Virus record (IMG/VR): IMGVR_UViG_3300032267_000867
Span: 1 to 57,441 of that record
Origin: a virus
Taxonomy: Duplodnaviria; Caudoviricetes
DNA: 57,441 bases
Reading direction: 5' to 3' (one strand)
In this document: positions 54,289 to 57,441 of the stretch, piece after piece
Position numbering within the stretch: position 1 is the stretch's first letter
Layout: each line of letters opens with the position of its first letter
The notes under the pieces: model-generated
What the model was told of the DNA's origin: nothing
Databases searched by the model: none
Seen by the model: only the letters and a program-made list of their open reading frames with translations
Translations under genes and position numbers: made by a program

Positions 54289-54699
54289 TTAAAAATATGA
54301 TTGCATCATCGGGGAAAGGTCGTCGATGTTTCCGCCGTTGCGGAGGTAATCCATGGCCGGGGCGATCTCGGCGGCTTCGAAGGCGCTGTAAGCCTCTGAA
54401 CCATAAACCGGGGCGCCTTCGTTCCAGCGATCCCGATCCAGCTTGCCGCCCGCCTTGAGATGAGCATCCACCCGATCCGCCAGAGCCTGCGCCTTATCCT
54501 GCGCGCCTTCGACGCGGCGATAAAACCGCTCGCCATCTTCGTGGCAAGCCAGGGCCACGCTGGGAAATGAAACCTCGTGACGGAAGCGACGGCCCTTAGC
54601 GGTTTGAACCTCAACAAAAAACCGCTCGTGATATTCGGGTTCGGGAAAGTCAAAAGATGGAACCGCGAAAAGATCGGAAACCACTGAAACTTCAACCAT
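54289..54699 (-). CDS. Hypothetical early protein
   Basis: GGAGAG RBS, own promoter; PVYGSEAY motif. Confidence 0.75.
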   Translation of the reverse strand: MVEVSVVSDLFAVPSFDFPEPEYHERFFVEVQTAKGRRFRHEVSFPSVALACHEDGERFYRRVEGAQDKAQALADRVDAHLKAGGKLDRDRWNEGAPVYGSEAYSAFEAAEIAPAMDYLRNGGNIDDLSPMMQSYF

Positions 54700-54702
54700 T
54701 TT

Positions 54703-54783
54703 CTCTCTCCGTTTCTCTGCGGCGCCTCATCGCGCCGTCAAAAATGTTTTAACGGGTTTCCTCAAAAAAGAAAATAGCCTTTC
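54703..54783 (-). promoter_or_regulatory. Promoter-hairpin-RBS cassette
   Basis: 20-mer shared with 11299-11318; TAAAAC -10; CGGCGC-GATGAG-GCGCCG hairpin. Confidence 0.6.
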
Positions 54784-54798
54784 GCCAATTTTCTTGAT

Positions 54799-55464
54799 TT
54801 ATTTTCGCATCCGGCCCCGCACCATCGTAAGCAGTTCCAGCTTGGTTTTGTTCCGCAGGGAATTTTGAAGCGATGCCACAGCGCGCTCCTCCGCTTCCGT
54901 CATGTTCAAGCCAAGCCTGGGCAGGCGGGGCTTTTCGACCATCTCAATCGCGCACTGCACCGCCTCGCGGGGCTGATAGACAATTGGCTTCAACTCCCCG
55001 GCGTCGCGGGCGTTGTTGCACAAGCGTTCGATGGCGCCTTTGCTCCGCCCCATTTTCTGTCCGATGGCGGGATATGAGAATCCGCGCTTGCGCAGTCCCA
55101 GGATGACCGTTCGTTCTTCGTCGGTGATAGGCTTGAGGTTTCGAGTCAAGATGTTTTGTACCTCGCCTTTGACGATCATGCGGGCGCGAACGTGCCCAAC
55201 GAGGCGGGCCGACACTCCCAGGTTTGCGGCGATCACCACCGGCATTTCGGTGGGGCTGTTGCGGATGGCTTCGTAAATTTCCGGATGCGCGATTCCGCTT
55301 TTGTCTGAGATGCTTTTCACGACGCCTGCTTTGATCATTCGGGCGCGAACGTGCCCGACGGTTTTGGCGGAAAACCCTAGGCGTGCCGCCATGGAGGCGG
55401 GCAATTCGTTCGGGCAGCGCCGAATTTCGTCATAGATTTCGGGATATTTGAGGGGCGTGGTCAT
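54799..55464 (-). CDS. Multi-HTH DNA-binding protein
   Basis: Two ~55-aa repeats (PEIY.....VGHVRARM) plus a third HTH, FSYPAIGQKMGRSKGAI. Confidence 0.7.
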   Translation of the reverse strand: MTTPLKYPEIYDEIRRCPNELPASMAARLGFSAKTVGHVRARMIKAGVVKSISDKSGIAHPEIYEAIRNSPTEMPVVIAANLGVSARLVGHVRARMIVKGEVQNILTRNLKPITDEERTVILGLRKRGFSYPAIGQKMGRSKGAIERLCNNARDAGELKPIVYQPREAVQCAIEMVEKPRLPRLGLNMTEAEERAVASLQNSLRNKTKLELLTMVRGRMRK

Positions 55465-55673
55465 TGGGAATTCTTTTTGCGTGGGTCGGGAATGAAGGTG
55501 GGCGGCGGGTTGGCTGCGCGGGCGATAAGCCAGTGCAGCAGGGGCGGCGGTGGCCGGGCGCTACCATTTATCCACCGACGGAACGCACTCTTGCTGCGTC
55601 CGGTCGCTTTAGCCAACCACGCCACCGATACTCCGGTGGCGTCGAGGGCGTCGCGAAATTCCTGGCCGCTCAT
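55461..55673 (-). CDS. Small HTH protein
   Basis: FRDALDATGVSVAWLAKATGRSKSAFRRWING. Confidence 0.7.
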   Translation of the reverse strand: MSGQEFRDALDATGVSVAWLAKATGRSKSAFRRWINGSARPPPPLLHWLIARAANPPPTFIPDPRKKNSQ

Positions 55674-55987
55674 TCTGCGGCTCCTTCCAGGGCGTCGATG
55701 ATGCTCTGCACGTCGATGTCATCCAGGGCGCTGATCAGGTCGTCAATGCCACTGGTGGCTTCCGCCATGTTGCTGATGGCGGATTCCATGGCTTGGCCAC
55801 GGTCATTGGCCTGCGCGCCTTCGGAGAGCGCGCCGAAAGCATCTTGCTCTTCGTCGCAAGCGGTCTCGATTTCGTCGCGCAGGTTGGAAAGCTCGTCGGT
55901 CAACGCCTTCACATCCTCGATTTCCTCCATGATTTCGGACAGGCGCTTGGTCACTGCGCCCAGAATTTTGCGGCGTGCTTTGTTCAT
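55670..55987 (-). CDS. Acidic helical phage protein
   Basis: Start MNKARRK at 55987, GGAG RBS; DEEQDAF...RGQAM. Confidence 0.75.
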   Translation of the reverse strand: MNKARRKILGAVTKRLSEIMEEIEDVKALTDELSNLRDEIETACDEEQDAFGALSEGAQANDRGQAMESAISNMAEATSGIDDLISALDDIDVQSIIDALEGAAE

Positions 55988-56076
55988 TTTCTTTCTCCAT
56001 GTTGCCGGGCGGTTGATTCCACCCGGTCGCTTGATGCGCCTCCGTGTGGGGCGGCGCATCCGGTGACCGGTCGGGG

Positions 56077-56280
56077 TTAGTGGCGGGGCTGGCGGCGGGG
56101 CGGGCCTTCGGGCAGCCCCAGCACGTCCCACTCGCGGGTGGGGCGGGCGTAGGCGACGTAGCCCATGCGCTCGGTGGCTTCCGCCATGGTGTTGGCGGCT
56201 TCCAGCGTGGCGACGGGAAGGCACTTCCGCCATTCGCCCGCCTGGGTTCCGCCGATGTAGTAGATCACGGTGTAGGTCAT
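56077..56280 (-). CDS. Hypothetical early protein
   Basis: Start MTYTVIYYIGG at 56280, AAGGA RBS. Confidence 0.65.
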   Translation of the reverse strand: MTYTVIYYIGGTQAGEWRKCLPVATLEAANTMAEATERMGYVAYARPTREWDVLGLPEGPPRRQPRH

Positions 56281-56284
56281 CGCT

Positions 56285-56434
56285 TTACGCATCCTTCTTT
56301 TTGGGAGTGGTCAGGAGCAGCCCGTTGCGCTCAAGCCACGCTTTGCGGTTGGCCAGCATCTGGTCGATGGTGGTCGGCATCTTGCTGATGGCGGCTTCGA
56401 CTTCGGCCTTGGTCATTGTGTGCTTCATGCTCAT
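56285..56434 (-). CDS. Hypothetical early protein (49 aa)
   Basis: Start MSMKHT at 56434 after a GGAAAGGAAC RBS. Confidence 0.6.
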   Translation of the reverse strand: MSMKHTMTKAEVEAAISKMPTTIDQMLANRKAWLERNGLLLTTPKKKDA

Positions 56435-56441
56435 CGTCCTA

Positions 56442-56513
56442 GTTCCTTTCCTGCGGCGGTCGGTTGATCCCGCCGCCTGCACCCTTTTTAATGCTCATCA
56501 AAAAACGATGCAA
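56442..56513 (-). promoter_or_regulatory. Promoter-hairpin-RBS cassette
   Basis: TTGCAT-N17-TAAAAA; GCGGCGG/CCGCCGC hairpin; GGAAAGGAAC. Confidence 0.7.
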
Positions 56514-56631
56514 CCCAAAAAGCGCCCATAGGACAAATTATTTTACAATCGCCAGGAACGCCACCAGAGGCCCGCCAGCGGCTTTAAGGCGTTCTCAAGG
56601 GATCATCTGCCGCCCAGGCTCCAGACCGCCT

Positions 56632-56907
56632 TCAGCGGTCATAGATGGTTGGATACATGCCCACCTTCTCGGCAATCCACACACCAAGGATGGTGCCTGC
56701 AACATCTCTGTCAGCCGGTTCAAAGCACGACACATAAGCATCAATCGCGTTCGCCAGCATGCTGCCGACAAATGCGTTCGAGTCATCCTCCCCAAACAAA
56801 TCAAAGGCTGCACTTGCGGCCCTATACATCGCCTCGTGAACCCTCTCCCTTTCCGGTGATGCCATCCGGAGTTTGGATTCCAGCCGTGATCGTGTTTCTG
56901 CGTCCAT
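56632..56907 (-). CDS. Hypothetical protein
   Basis: AGGAGAG RBS. Confidence 0.65.
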   Translation of the reverse strand: MDAETRSRLESKLRMASPERERVHEAMYRAASAAFDLFGEDDSNAFVGSMLANAIDAYVSCFEPADRDVAGTILGVWIAEKVGMYPTIYDR

Positions 56908-56937
56908 TTTCTCTCTCCTGTAAAAAAAACATTGACT

Positions 56938-57182
56938 TGCTAAATTGCTTGCTAAGTTAGGTGGGGGCTAAGTGCTTGTGCTTGCTTGCTTTTTTCTCTA
57001 ATTTAACAACTTAACAATTTAGCATAAGGGGGGGGGGTAAACCGGAACCATCGCGCGTGATGGAAATCATGTGACACGCGATACGTATAAACCCCTTCCA
57101 TATGCTAAATTGCTAAATTGCTAAACCGAGTGTTTTCAAGCACTTACCAGTGCTAAGTTAGGCAATTTAGCATTGCTAAATT
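56938..57182. repeat. Putative replication origin with TGCTAA(A/G)T 8-mer iterons
   Basis: Copies at 56938, 56950, 57103, 57111, 57119, 57151 and 57174; inverted copies at 57016 and 57164 plus degenerate ones at 57000 and 57008; AT-rich; directly downstream of the primase-helicase. Confidence 0.7.
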
Positions 57183-57189
57183 CAATCCA

Positions 57190-57441
57190 TCAATCGGCAA
57201 ATGATGTCGATAGCTGGTATTTGATGGTTTTGGGTCCGGGCTTGTTTTTGTCCGACTCCACCGCCACCACCTTGCCCATCCGGACTAGATCGTCCAGCAC
57301 CTCGGCGCGCTCTTTGGGATTCAGGCCCAGGCTGTGCCGACGCATCATCGCATCAGCCGTTAGCGGCCCGTGCTTGCGGATGATGTTTAGCGCCTTCTGA
57401 ATTTTGCGCTCGTAATCGGTGTCTGCGACGTGCATCCCGGC
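57190..57441 (-). CDS. Primase-helicase, C-terminal wHTH-like part
   Basis: Same frame as 2217..1 across the circular junction; stop at 57190. Confidence 0.8.
   Translation of the reverse strand, partial: AGMHVADTDYERKIQKALNIIRKHGPLTADAMMRRHSLGLNPKERAEVLDDLVRMGKVVAVESDKNKPGPKTIKYQLSTSFAD
57319..57441. repeat. Terminal direct repeat, copy 2
   Basis: Identical to 1-123. Confidence 0.95.

Noticed and set aside
57003-57014. CtrA box (TTAA-N7-TTAA) in the origin or at 53772
   Set aside because: Spacings are N4 and N11, not N7.

Overview
The window is an apparently complete, circular 57,318-bp tailed dsDNA phage genome; bases 1-123 are repeated exactly at 57319-57441. Essentially all protein genes are on the minus strand. 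In transcription order it carries: an iteron-rich putative origin; small early genes with their own promoter-hairpin-RBS cassettes; UvrD and SNF2-like helicases and a DNA methyltransferase; TerS/TerL, portal, MuF-like protein, a Nudix-fused prohead protease/scaffold, decoration and major capsid proteins; a contractile (myovirus-type) tail and baseplate; a large fibre module (Gly-X-Thr collagen-like fibres, a beta-helix tailspike, a 14-blade beta-propeller) followed by a GT2-GT2-TPR glycosyltransferase; holin and GH19 endolysin; accessory genes; and a recombination/replication block (RusA, Sak4-like ATPase, SSB, Cas4-like nuclease, two HNH endonucleases, SF2 helicase, and a primase-helicase that crosses the window edge and is missing from the ORF track). 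I found no integrase, CI-type repressor, DNA polymerase, tRNA, CRISPR array or spanin. An alphaproteobacterial host is inferred, not shown. The most notable signals are non-coding: (1) a candidate plus-strand sRNA (~8540-8624), divergent from a Cro-like gene where cI would normally sit, whose loop is complementary to a GAAAGGAA ribosome-binding site shared by at least seven early/replication genes; (2) a canonical type II hammerhead ribozyme (54223-54288) between two early genes; (3) a three-way-junction RNA upstream of a probably frameshifting tail chaperone. A putative virion collagen glycosylation system is the main protein-level candidate. All calls come from motif reading by eye; no database searches or folding programs were run.
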